From Dendrobates tinctorius (lineage: Eukaryota): a stretch of 64,000 bases of DNA. A model generated the notes under the pieces. The model saw nothing but the letters and a program-made list of their open reading frames with translations. It had not been told where the DNA came from and ran no database searches. Each line of letters starts with the position of its first letter. Position 1 is the stretch's first letter. The stretch covers positions 4,092,001 to 4,156,000 of the forward strand of contig NW_027361707.1 in assembly GCF_039654945.1 (NCBI RefSeq), in the 5' to 3' direction. The translations under genes and the position numbers were made by a program. Shown one piece after another: positions 12,651 through 24,344 of this stretch.

Positions 12651-12992
12651 TGATACTTCTTGGATATCGGTCAGACGCCTCTCTCACAGCCAAGCCAGAT
12701 CTCCCACTTTGCTCTGATGAGGGGCAGTACCCCGAAACACAGTGTCTGCAAATGGAGATTCTGGCTTGGCTTTTATCCTAAGTCATGTAAGAAGGCTCGT
12801 TAAAGGGTCGACATTGACTTTTAGGATTGCTACCTCCAATAGGTGGCACTAGAGTTCTAGTCCTCTTCCTCTCTGAAGAGACAATTTGCATAATTAGCAT
12901 ATTTCCCAGAGGAGCATTGCGGCTTTAAGTCTCCTCACCTCGACATGCTTAGCATGTCATTCTCCGCAAGGAGAAATTATACTTCTTGGATA
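12651..12992 (+). mobile_element. Retrozyme/satellite-2-like non-autonomous retroelement inserted into the Tc1
   Basis: 12-bp TSD TTTACAAATCAA (12639-12650, 12993-13004); 15-bp terminal redundancy ATACTTCTTGGATAT with a 326-bp period; contains a hammerhead. Confidence 0.85.
12688..12771 (+). ncRNA. Type I hammerhead ribozyme with extended stem I; predicted cleavage after GUC at 12746
   Basis: CTGATGA (12714-12720), stem II GGGG-CAGTA-CCCC, GAAA, stem III CAC-A-GTG, then TC; stem I AGCCAAGCCAG..ATCTCC..TTTGC pairs with GCAAA..GGAGAT..CTGGCTTGGCT. Confidence 0.85.
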
Positions 12993-13758
12993 TTTACAAA
13001 TCAAGTCATGTCAGTTTAATTAACCACAGCTGGACTCCAATGAAGGAGTAGAACCATCTCAAGGAGGATCACAAGGAAATGGACAGCATGTGACTTAAAT
13101 AGGAGTGTATGTGCAAAGGGTCTGAATACTTATGACCATGTGATATTTCAGTTTTTCTTTTTTAATAAATTTGCAAAAATGTCTACATTTCTGTTTTCTT
13201 TCAGTCAAGATGGGGTGCAGAGTGGACATTAATGAGAAAAAAAAAACAACTTTTTTGCATTTACCAAATGGCTGACATGAAACAAAGAGTGAAAAGTTTA
13301 AAGGGGTCTGAATACTTTCTGTACCTCCTGTAAATCCCTCAATCTGACATTCACGGTCCGAGACTACTTTGTACAGACCAGCAGCCACGGATCTCCTTGA
13401 CCCAAGTTTGGATCCCAACATCACAGACTGTACTGCACCGGCCTAGCATAATGGCAGCTGTGTGCCCCTCACCTCCCCCTTCCCTAACACAGGAAATCAA
13501 CACCATTCACATGTCCTGAAATAATAGATGACATGCCATGGATAGGTGGAGGCCTGGCTGCGGCTGTTCTGCTCCCTAAGGCCTCATTCACATGAAGTTT
13601 TTTCACAGATAGTACACACACCTGTTATAGCCTTGGGGGATGTTCACATGTCCATGTTATTTTTGGGGCCCGAGTGTCTGAAAATATAAAACTTTAACAC
13701 CACTTATCTAATCTTACCTAATTAAGGATTCAGCATAATGATGAAAAATGTTCCATAA

Positions 13759-14531
13759 GGGTATGTGCACACTTTGCGGATTCTGCTGCAGATCCGCAGC
13801 GGATTTGGCCCTGTGGATCCGCAGCAGATTCTGCTGCGTTGTACAGTACCAGTCTATGGAAAATGAAAAACCCAGCATGTCAATTCTTTTTGCGGAATCC
13901 GCAGTGGTTAGGCTAGTTTGACACTAGCGTTTATGAGCGCAGCGACGGCCTGCGCATGGCCGCCGCTAAGCCCCGCCCCCTGCCGCGCCCCTGCCGGTAG
14001 CTCCGCCCACCGGCGCATGACGCTGCATGCGCCCTGCGTCCCCTATCTTTATCACAGGGGGCGCAGGCCGTGCGCAGTATGCGTTTGGCGGCGCATGCGT
14101 CCTTTTGACGGTGCGCCGACCTGCGCCAAACGCAACTTGCTGCAGTTTGGTTGCGTCGGCGCACCGTCAAAAAGACGCATGCGCCGCCAAACGCATACTG
14201 CGCACGGCCTGCGCCCCCTGTGATAAAGATAGGGGACGCAGGGCGCATGCAGCGTCATGCGCCGGTGGGCGGAGCTACCAGCGGGGCACGGCAGGGGGCG
14301 GGGCTTAGTGGCGGCCGTGCGCAGGCCGTCGCTGCGCTCATAAACGCTAGTGTGAAACTAGCCTAAGACACCTGTTCCATTATAGAAATCCGCAGGTGTC
14401 AAAATGCAGGGGAAATCCGCAGGCTAATCCGCACTAAATCTGCAGGTAAAACGCAGGTTATTTTACCTGCAGATTTAGCCAAATCCGCGTGGAAAAATCT
14501 GTAGGACAATCTGCAACGTGTGCACACATCC
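13759..14531. mobile_element. Harbinger-type MITE with a nested palindromic Harbinger MITE (13911-14363)
   Basis: Outer TIR GGGTATGTGCACAC...GTGTGCACACATCC with TAA on both sides; inner TIR GGCTAGTTT.ACACTAGCG with TTA/TAA. Confidence 0.8.
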
Positions 14532-14539
14532 TAATTCGG

Positions 14540-17155
14540 ATCAAGGACACTGATGAAAAACGGTCCATAAATCAGATCAAGAGCAAAAAACGGCCTGTAA
14601 ATCAGATCAAGAGCAAAACACGGCCCATAAATCAGATCAAGAGCGAAAAACAGCCCGTAAATCAGATCAAGAGCGAAAAATGGCCTGTAAATCAGATCAA
14701 GAGTGAAAAATGGTCTGTAAATCAGATCAAGAGCACTAATGAAAAACGGCCCGTAAATCAGATCAAGAGCGAAAAACAGCCCGTAAATCAGATCCAGAGC
14801 GAAAAATGGTCCGTAAATCAGATCAAGAGCGAAAAACGGCCTGTAAATCAGATCAAGAGCAAAACACGGCCCGTAAATCAGATCAAGAGCGAAAAACAGC
14901 CCGTAAATCAGATCAAGAGCGAAAAACGGCCCGTAAATCAGATCAAGAGTGAAAAATGGTCTGTAAATCAGATCAAGAGCACTAATGAAAAACGGCCCGT
15001 AAATCAGATCAAGAGTGAAAAACAGCCCGTAAATCAGATCCAGAGCGAAAAATGGTCCGTAAATCAGATCAAGAGCGAAAAACGGCCCGTAAATCAGATC
15101 AAGAGCACTAATGAAAAACGACCTGTAAATCAGATCAAGAGCGAAAAACGGTCCGCAAATCAGATCAAGAGCAAAAAACGGCCCGTAAATCAGATTAAGA
15201 GCAAAAAATGGTCCGTAAATCAGATCAAGAGCGAAAAACGGTCCGTAAATCAGATCAAGAGCAAAAAATGGTCCGTAAATCAGATCAAGAGCGAAAAACG
15301 GTCCGTAAGTCAGCTCAAGAGTGAAAAACGGTCTGTAAGTCAGCTCAAGAGTGAAAAACGGTCCGTAAATCAGATCAAGAGCACTAATGAAAAAACGGCC
15401 CATAAATCAGATCAAGAGCGAAAAACGGTCCGTAAATCAGATCAAGAGCACTAATGAAAAATGGCCCATAAATCAGATCAAGAGCCAAAAACGGTCCGTA
15501 AATCAGATCAAGAGCACTAATGAAAAATGGTCCATAAATCAGATCAAGAGCGAAAAATGGCCCATAAATCAGATCAAGAGCAAAAAACGGCCCATAAATC
15601 AGATCAAGAGCCAAAAACGGTCCGTAAATCAGATCAAGAGCATTAATGAAAAATGGCCCATAAATCAGATCAAGAGCCAAAAACGGTCCGTAAATCAGAT
15701 CAAGAGCACTAATGAAAAATGGTCCATAAATCAGATCAAGAGCGAAAAATGGCCCATAAATCAGATCAAGAGCAAAAAACGGCCCATAAATCAGATCAAG
15801 AGCCAAAAACGGTCCGTAAATCAGATCAAGAGCATTAATGAAAAATGGCCCATAAATCAGATCAAGAGCCAAAAACGGCCCATAAATCAGATCAAGAGCC
15901 AAAAACGGTCCGTAAATCAGATCAAGAGGGCTAATGAAAAATGGCCCATAAATCAGATCAAGAGCGAAAAACGGTCCGTAAATCAGATTAAGCTTAAGAC
16001 TAAGATTAAGACTAAGCTGGCTTAGTGATCGGACCCAAAGAGTGGTCGTAAATGGCTGCACATCCAGTTGGAAGAATGTCTCAAGTGGGGTACCACAGGG
16101 CTCTGTCCTGGGCCCTGTATTGTTCAACATCTTTATCAACGATTTAGATGAAGGAATTGAGGGTAAACTGATTAAATTTGCTGATGACACAAAGCTAGGA
16201 GGGATAGCTAATACTAGAGAAGAGAGAGAGAGGATTCAAAAAGATTTAAATAAACTGGAGAAGTGGGCAGTAACTAACAGAATGGTTTTTAACAGGGAGA
16301 AATGCAAAGTACTACATCTGGGCAATAAAAATGAAAAAAGCATATATAGAATGGGAGGAATAGGGCTAAGTGACAGCACATGTGAAAAAGACTTGGGTAT
16401 ACTAATAGATCACAGACTGAATATGAGTCAACAGTGTGATGCAGCAGCAAAAAAGGCAAATGCAATTCTAGGATGTATTAACAGAAGCATACAGTCTAGA
16501 TCACGTGAAGTCATTATTTCCCTCTACTCCTCTTTGGTCAGACCTCATCTGGAATATTGTGTCCAGTTTTGGGCACCACATTTTAAAAAAGACATCAACA
16601 AACTGGAGCAAGTTCAGAAAAGAGCGACCAGAATGGTGACCGGTCTGCAAACCCTGTCTTATGAGGAAAGGTTGCAGGATTTGGGAATGTTTAGTTTGCA
16701 AAAGAGAAGACTGAGAGGAGACTTAATTGCTGTCTACAAATATCTAAAGGGCTGTCACATTGTAGAAGGATCAACTTTATTCTCATTTGCACAAGGAAAG
16801 ACTAGAAGCAATGGGATGAAACTGAATGGGAGGAGACACAGATTAGATATTAGAAAAAACTTTTTGACAGTTAGAGTGATCAATGAGTGGAACAGGCTGC
16901 CACGAGAAGTGGTGAGTTCTCCTTCAATGGAAGTCTTCAAACAGAGGCTGGACAGACATCTGACTGGGATGATTTAGCGAATCCTGCTTTGAGCAGGGGG
17001 TTGGACCAGATGGCCCAGGAGGTCCCTTCCAACTCTACGATTCTATGATTCTATGAGATCAAGAGGGCTAATGAAAAATGGCCCATAAATCAGATCAAGA
17101 GCCAAAAACGGCCCATAAATCAGATCAAGAGTGAAAAACGGCCCGTAAATCAGAT
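14540..17155. repeat. 30/36-bp minisatellite (TAAATCAGATCAAGAGCGAAAAACGGCCCG) split by a CR1 insertion
   Basis: The array runs 14540-15988 and resumes at 17056-17155. Confidence 0.95.
16017..17055 (+). mobile_element. 5'-truncated CR1 LINE (RT C-terminal part and 3' UTR)
   Basis: Open ORF with GVPQGSVLGP, FADD and LVRPHLEYCVQFW; 3' tail of ATTCTATG repeats. Confidence 0.95.
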
Positions 17156-17547
17156 TAGCGCACTTAGAAAAAATTTTCAGCGGTTCTTTACATATTAATA
17201 AAACTTTCCTTTTTTTTGTTCTACACCTCGTTGCTTTGGAGACTGACCACCGCTGCTAGATGGCAGAAGCAAAGAAAAAGCGTGCTAATTGATTGATTAC
17301 TCTTTTCTATTGGATTTGTAAGCACCATTTTGAAGCTGTCCCAGGATCGCTAAAGTGGGCCGTTATCTTCTAATACCGGTCAGCATCAGCACAGTGCTTA
17401 AAAGACAGACAGCAGCAGTGGTCGGTCTCCTAGGCAACGAGCTGTCAACAAAATAAAAGTGTTAATATCTCAAGAACGGTTGCAAATTTTAATAAACACT
17501 AAATTGAAAAAGTGCTCTATCTTACAATAGCCATCGGTGCGGATGGG

Positions 17548-18470
17548 AATAATAATAATAATAAATTTTATTTCTATAGCGCTGACATATTCCGCAGCAC
17601 TTTACATTTCAGAGGGGATTTGTACAGATGATAGACATTACAGCATAACAATAATCACATACAGTAGATTATAACAAATACCAAGAGGAATGAGGGCCCT
17701 GCTCGCAAGCTTACAGTCTATGAGGAAAGAGGTAGACACGAAAGGTGGGTGGTAACAGTTGCCCTGATTGTTTGGACCAGCCATAAAGTGCCTGTCACAC
17801 TAAGCGATATTGCTAGCGATATCGCTGTGTCTGATACTTACCTACGACCGGCTCCCCCGCTGATTATCGCTGATCGCGCGAGAACGTCCTGGACCGTTTC
17901 TCGTCGTCAGCTTCCTGCTGGGCTTCCTGCTGACGCCGACGACTGACTCGTGGACGCGGGTGGAGGACGTCAGGATCGCCGCCTCTAACAGGAAAGTAGC
18001 GACCCCCGACCCCTGCTATGTCACTGGTGAGATCTGCCTGTGTGACAGCTGACTAGCGACCACTTAGCGTCATATTGCTGGTCGGGATCGCTGGTGCATC
18101 GCTAAGTGTGACGGTACCTTAATGTTAAGTGTGTAACAGTACAGACACAGAGGGCTAATGGATGCATAAAGCATGTGGGAACATGATGCGGGGAACCTGG
18201 TTATGGTAAAACTTTTGGCTGTGCCACATAGGGATAGATTAGGTTAATGTGTTGAGGCGATAGGCCAGTCTGAATAAATGCTTTTTCAGGGCATGCTTAA
18301 AATTGTGGGGATTGGGGACTAATCGTATTGACCTGGGAAGTGCATTCCAAAGAATTGGCGCAGCACATGTAAAGTCTTGTCGACGGGAGTGGGAGGTTCT
18401 GATTATTGAGGATGCTAACCTCAGGTCATCAGCAGAATGGAGGGCGCGGGTAGGGTGGTATACTGAAACA
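17548..18470 (-). mobile_element. L2-clade LINE 3' fragment with a Harbinger MITE inserted at ~17786-18119
   Basis: (AAT)n tail then TATAGCGC..ATATTCCGCAGCACTTTACA; resembles the L2 3' end at ~37870. Confidence 0.6.
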
Positions 18471-21400
18471 AGGGAATAACCCTTTAAAGGGAAGGTGCAA
18501 CAATCTTTAATTTTGCATTAATAATTGATTATATAATCAATTATTTTAATGCAAAATTAAATGTTTAATATTATTTTTCTAAAATTAATTTTTACTTTAG
18601 CTATTGGGGGGCTGCCATTTCATTTGGAGTGTGTATTGCTAACAATATCGCTAAAGCATCACCGATTTGGTGACGCAGCAGCGATATCTCTATGTGTGAT
18701 ACTTACCTCCGACCGGCTCCCCTGCTGTCCATCGCTGATCGCGTGAGATAGTCGGGCGCTTCCTGCTGGGGTTCCTGCTGGTGCCGACGAGCGGCGCATG
18801 GATGCGGGCGGGAGGACTTCAGGATCGCTGTGTCTGTCAGGTAAGTAACGACCGCTAGATCGCTGCTATGTCGCTGGAGAGATCTGCCTGTGTGGCAGCT
18901 CACTAGCGACCATTTAGCGATGCACCAGCGATCCTGACCGGGTCGTATCGTTGTCGGGATCGCTGGTGCATCGCTAAATGTAAAGGGGCCTTAAGTGTCT
19001 GAGAAGGACACACACCTCACATACAGCAGCCCCTAGGCATAAGAGACTCTTGTATTACGACTGCCTTGGTCATTTTTAAGATAGATGAAGGGTCACAGCT
19101 GGGGCCCAATAGGCTTTCTATGACGGCCTGGATAAATATGCGCCAGACATGTCAAACCAAGGGTAATCCACTGTATCCCCCCAAGGGTACACACAGGTAA
19201 TCCCTTCCCATGACAAAAGAATTGCAAACTAAGACCCCATGAGGTTCTCACCCTTGGGGGTAACCTGATGTACAAAGGCGTCCCCAGACATGCAAATGAT
19301 GTTTGTTTGAGGGTGAGCAACTTTACCTGCTTGGCTAGTACTAAGTGGACCCATAACATGAATATTAGGAGTCGCACATACAGCAATCTGTCAGCGACAG
19401 CTTCTAAGCCAATTGCTTTGTGTCTGGAATAAGGGCTCATTCACACCTGTTTTTTTTTTTTTTTTTTTAAATCGTTTATTGACACAAAGGAATGTACACA
19501 CTGATATATAGTCAGAACAACACGTGTGACAATAGTAAATTGTTTGTACAGCGTTGATTATACAAATCTCTGCATCGTTATGTAGGTAGTCAACTAATTA
19601 ACAAATGAACAAGACCGTCAAACAACATTCAACAAACCTCAAAAAAAAAAAAAAAAAAGGAAAAAGTACTCTTAAACTACAACTATTCCGCCGTCAAGCT
19701 CAGTTATAGGAGATTAACCACCATGAAATGCCATAAAATTTAGACCATAATAATTACGGTGACGTTGAGCCACTACTCACTAGTAGAGTGAGATGAGAAG
19801 AGTTCCATCTGTCCCAGATCTTATAAAATGTCCCCAAACACCCCCTATTCTGATATAATGTACGCTCATATGGTACAACTGAGTTCACCAGTTCAATCCA
19901 ACATCTAAGAGAGGGGCGCGAACCACCCATCCAACAAAATGCCAGCACCTTCCTAGCCAGAAAAAGTGTCTCACGCAGGAAGAACCTGACATAGTGCCCC
20001 CAAGTTCCTTCAGCCAACACCCCAAATAGACACACTAGTGGACTGCGAGGAACAGGGGCTTGCACTAGAGATGTCAACAATGATGTTACCTCCCTCCAGT
20101 AGAGGAGGGTAACAGGGCATCCCCATACCATATGTATAAAATCTGCATCTAATGAACGGCATCTCAGACACTCTGATGACTGGAACCGACCCATTTTAAA
20201 GAACCGTATCGGAGTTAAATACAATTGATATATTATATATAATTGGGTAATTCTATTATTAATAGATGGGGATACCCTAGTTGAAGATTCAAGAATTTCC
20301 TCCCAGTCCTCCTCCTGCACATCAGGGATGAGTTCCTCCCATCTTCCCTTAACTGATCCCGTATCAGAGTCGGTTCCGACAGATAGCATGTATGTATATA
20401 AGGAAGAAATGAGACCCCGGGGGTCTTGCGAGTTAAGAATTCCAATCAAAGAAGAGATGAGATAATGCGGCTCACACCCGTACAGCGCACATATGATTGA
20501 AAAGCCGATCGGAGTTGAAGGTAGTGAAAAAATTGGGACCTCGGAATATTGTATTTAGCTTGTAGTTGCTCAAAGGACATTAGAGTACCATAATCATATA
20601 AGTTTCCCACCGAAGACACACCATACAAAATCCAAAAATTAGTGGATGGGTGATTCAATAGGACCGGAAAATAAGTATTATTCCATAAGGGCATTTCAGC
20701 TATGACGTTATCAAATCGAATAACTTTTTTAATTTGTCTTCAGACTGATCGCGCCAATCGAAGTAGGGGTAGCAAATGAGGAACACCAATTCTGTCCATT
20801 TCGAGGAAACCCAAGGGGCAGTCAGCCTCCGCAGCATGGATTAGATGACTCTCAGAATTAGGTAGATAGTTATCAGGCATCCATTTACTCAGAGCTTTAA
20901 CTTGCCCAGCTAAATAATATAGAAAAAAATATGGCAATGACGCCCCCAATCTATTAAAGGGAATCTGTCACCCTTTTTTTGGCCTTTCAGCTGCCGGCAT
21001 TGACATCAGGGGCTTATCTACAGCAGTCGGTAATGCTGTAGATAAGCCTCCGATGTAACCTGAAAGAAAAGAAAAACACAAAAAAAGGAAGAAATCCACA
21101 GGAAAAATGCAGGTCATTTGACCTGCAGATTTAGTAAAATCCGCGGGAGGATCCGCACCGTGTGCACATAGCCTTAGAGCTATATAACATTCTGTAATAA
21201 TCAGTGTATCTTCGGTCGAGGACACTACAGAATTATCCGGTTTCTGAATTTGGAGTATAGCATTAGATATATCATGTTGTCGCACCAGGAAAGCCAAGAA
21301 TTTACTTGCCTGATTCCCTAATTCAAAGTAGGATTGACGGGTGAAAAATAATTGACGTTTAGATTTAGCGTCCATGTATTGGGTATATATTCTCTGGGAG

Positions 21401-23554
21401 GTCAGCCATTCCTTTCTATTCACATTGGTCTGACTGGATATACATGCAGCCTCTGAGTCCTTTAGTCGTTGTTCCATCTCATTATCCTCCCTTGAAGTTA
21501 ACCCTTTTGATATAAGAGATTGTAGAGGCTAAACATCCTCTCAGATACGCCTTAAGGGTATCCCAAAATAAGTCAACATCTCAGGGTTCCGGGTGGGATG
21601 AAATAAAACAATTCAATTGATCTATAGTTCTATCATCAGATCCTATTAGTTTCAGACACAATAGATTGAATTTCCAGACTATATCGTTATTTGAAGTTTA
21701 AGTATAACCGGGCTATGATCCGAAACCTCTCTGTTGCCATGCTCGACACTGTCCTCCCACACCGCCAAGTTGCTGGATCCAAATATGTAATCTATGTGGG
21801 ATAAGGTGCACCTGGTAGATGAATGACAAGTGTATTCTTTCCCCTCAGGATGGTGCACCCTCCATAAATCTAGCCATCCACTGCCCTCGAGGAACAATGC
21901 CAGTTGAGACGGGTGTGGAGAAGTGCCCCTCCGGACATCCCATCACCCAATCTAAGGGGTACTTCACACTAAGCGAGATCACTAGCGATCATGTAGCGAC
22001 ACAACAGCGATCCTGACCAGCTCGTATCGTTGTCGGGATCGTTGGTGCGTCGCTTAGTGTAACGGGACCCTAAGCCTATCGAGGCAATTATTCATGACTG
22101 CATTGAAGTCCCCCATACATATAACATGCGCATCCCAGTAATTTATAGCGAAACTCATCACCTTTTGAAGGATTGACACATTAGCCGGAGGGGGGTTATA
22201 TATACACAATATGACGTATTTTCTTCAGTCTATCAATGCATATACAAAAACAAAGCGGCCCTCAGGATCCCTCCGAGCCTCTCTGACCTCCCATCTAACG
22301 TTTCTATATATCAATAATGAGACCCCCTTGAATAACTAGTGTGGAACGAGTGAATGAACCATTGTACCCATGGCTTTTGCACGCATCGAACTGTGTCTCT
22401 GGTCAGGTGCGTCTCCACCAAAGCCACAATGTGTGGGTGATACCGCCTAATCTGGGAAAATACCATAATCTTCTTACGAGGAGATTTGAGGTCCCTCACA
22501 TTCCAGGTCATACATATGATTTCAGAACCCATATCTTCTCATCTGAACATGGCATACATTATCGCTCAGGCAAAATTCAGAGACATCACATGTAAATATT
22601 TGACGGCGGCTTCTGCATAAATAATAAGAACCAAAACTAGTATAGAAAAGAGAACATAAGAAAAACCAGAAGAACATAAAGGAGCAAAGTCCTGTGCTCC
22701 TATCATTGGTTAAACAAAGGGATACCCTCACTGAATACAGTGTCATACTGGACACCAATAGAAGGAGCTCCAATCGCACAATTATCAAAATAGTCCCGTC
22801 CGGCATATTAGGAATTCTTTGCATCAGACCCCCTATGGGACTGCAGCCATTCAGCTGCCTCCGCTGGATCCAAGAAAATTTTGGTGGAGTCCTCATGGAC
22901 GATTCGGAGTCTGGCTGGATAGACCACGGAATATAAAACATTCTTTTCCCTGAGCTGCTTCTTGATCTCCAAGAATTGTTCCCGCTGCTTCTGGAGTTCC
23001 ATAGAGAAATCCGGGAAAATTGAGATCGTAGCATTACTAAATTTAATAGGACTCCTCTGCCGCACCAAACGTAAAATAGAATCTCTGTCCCTGCAATTGA
23101 GAAGGCGCGCCAGGAAAGGCCTGGGTGGAGCACCCGGAGGGAGAGGTTTTGTAGGGACCCTATGAGCCCTTTCAAGAGAGAACGTGGATGAGAATTCATC
23201 TCCCAGAGAGGTTTTAAGCCAGCTTTCCAGAAATTGCTCAGGTTGCTGACCCTCAGAGCACTCCGGCAGACCAATGATTCGTATATTGTTCCGGCGTAAT
23301 CTATTCTCTAGATCGTCTGCTTTTTGCTTCCAGGCGTTCAAAGAGCCAGCCTCTTTTGCCTACTTAGCCTCCATAGGTGTAATAGTGTCTTCTATATGGG
23401 ACACTCTTGTTTCAACTTCTGTAATGCGCCCCCTCATGGCCTGCATGTCCTGCCGGAGACGCCACACCTCAGTGTGCACATCCTCTATTTTCTCAGTCAG
23501 GGATGTTCTGGTCAAAGATATGGCCTTTCTTCAACTGTTCTCATGCCTGTCTAA

Positions 23555-23747
23555 GGGCAGAGACACACTGGCAAATTTTTCGTCCGAGAATCGGATCGTA
23601 AAACTTGCCCTGGCCGGCACCTCTCCTGAACTTGACAGCTGCATAGTAATCCATCACGCTGTCATGCTCAAGTCAGGAGAGGTGCCGGCCAGGGCAAGTT
23701 TTACTATCCGATTCTTGGCCGAAAAATTTGCCAGTGTGTCTCTGCCC
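23555..23747. mobile_element. Near-perfect palindromic Harbinger MITE inside L1 ORF1 (a smaller one lies at 21956-22070)
   Basis: GGGCAGAGACACACTGGC...GCCAGTGTGTCTCTGCCC, TAA TSD. Confidence 0.85.
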
Positions 23748-24344
23748 TAAGGGTCAATTCCTCCTGTTCACTCCCCTCTTCAGTACCAGCACGGTTTTTA
23801 CGCTGTTCCGCAGTTTTAGCCTGTGAGGAGCTATTTCTGAGAGACCGTGCATTGTCAGATGGATCAGTTTTTGCAAATTCTTTTATTGGCCGCTCCCGAC
23901 CCTTTTGTGCGATTCATGGCTAACAATAATGTGGTTTAATCAAGTGACTGAACTGGTATTTATAGGGGTTCCTCTCTCCCAACTTCAATCTGCAGCAGAG
24001 TTATTATGTGGCTAATATATCTAGAAACTGCTCTGGATAAATGAGCTGGAATAGAGTGTTCAATATTAAGCGCTGTGGCTGGTTCCAGGTTATTCTAGAA
24101 GTCCCGTATAACCAAACGATCTCCATTGCTTGTAGGGACAGCAATGAGGGTCCAAGGACCCTTAAGATGGCGGGTACTGACGGGCCTGGTGTATTATTAA
24201 TAGGGGAGTGTGGGGCTCATCTTTCAGAGCACACAGCACACATCCCCTTTAGATAACTTGAAAGTACAGTCTCACCGCCCGGGCAGCCCTCCGAGGATGA
24301 CATGCAGCGTCGCATCTCCTCCGGTTAGAGAGCGCTGCAGAAGA

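Larger units (their letters stand above)
11339..13330 (-). mobile_element. Tc1-family DNA transposon with frameshifted transposase
   Basis: TA TSDs; long (~200 bp) ITRs CAGTGG..AAAGTATTCAGACC; ORF fragments 12597-12160 (paired-like HTH, GRP), 12163-11807 ([14 protein letters not shown]) and 11791-11543 ([15 protein letters not shown]). Confidence 0.95.

Noticed and set aside
14489-16025. Long ORFs on both strands (321, 290, 268 and 212 aa; NQIKSEKR repeats)
   Set aside because: A by-product of a minisatellite with 30/36-bp units (multiples of 3) that lack stops; no splice or promoter support
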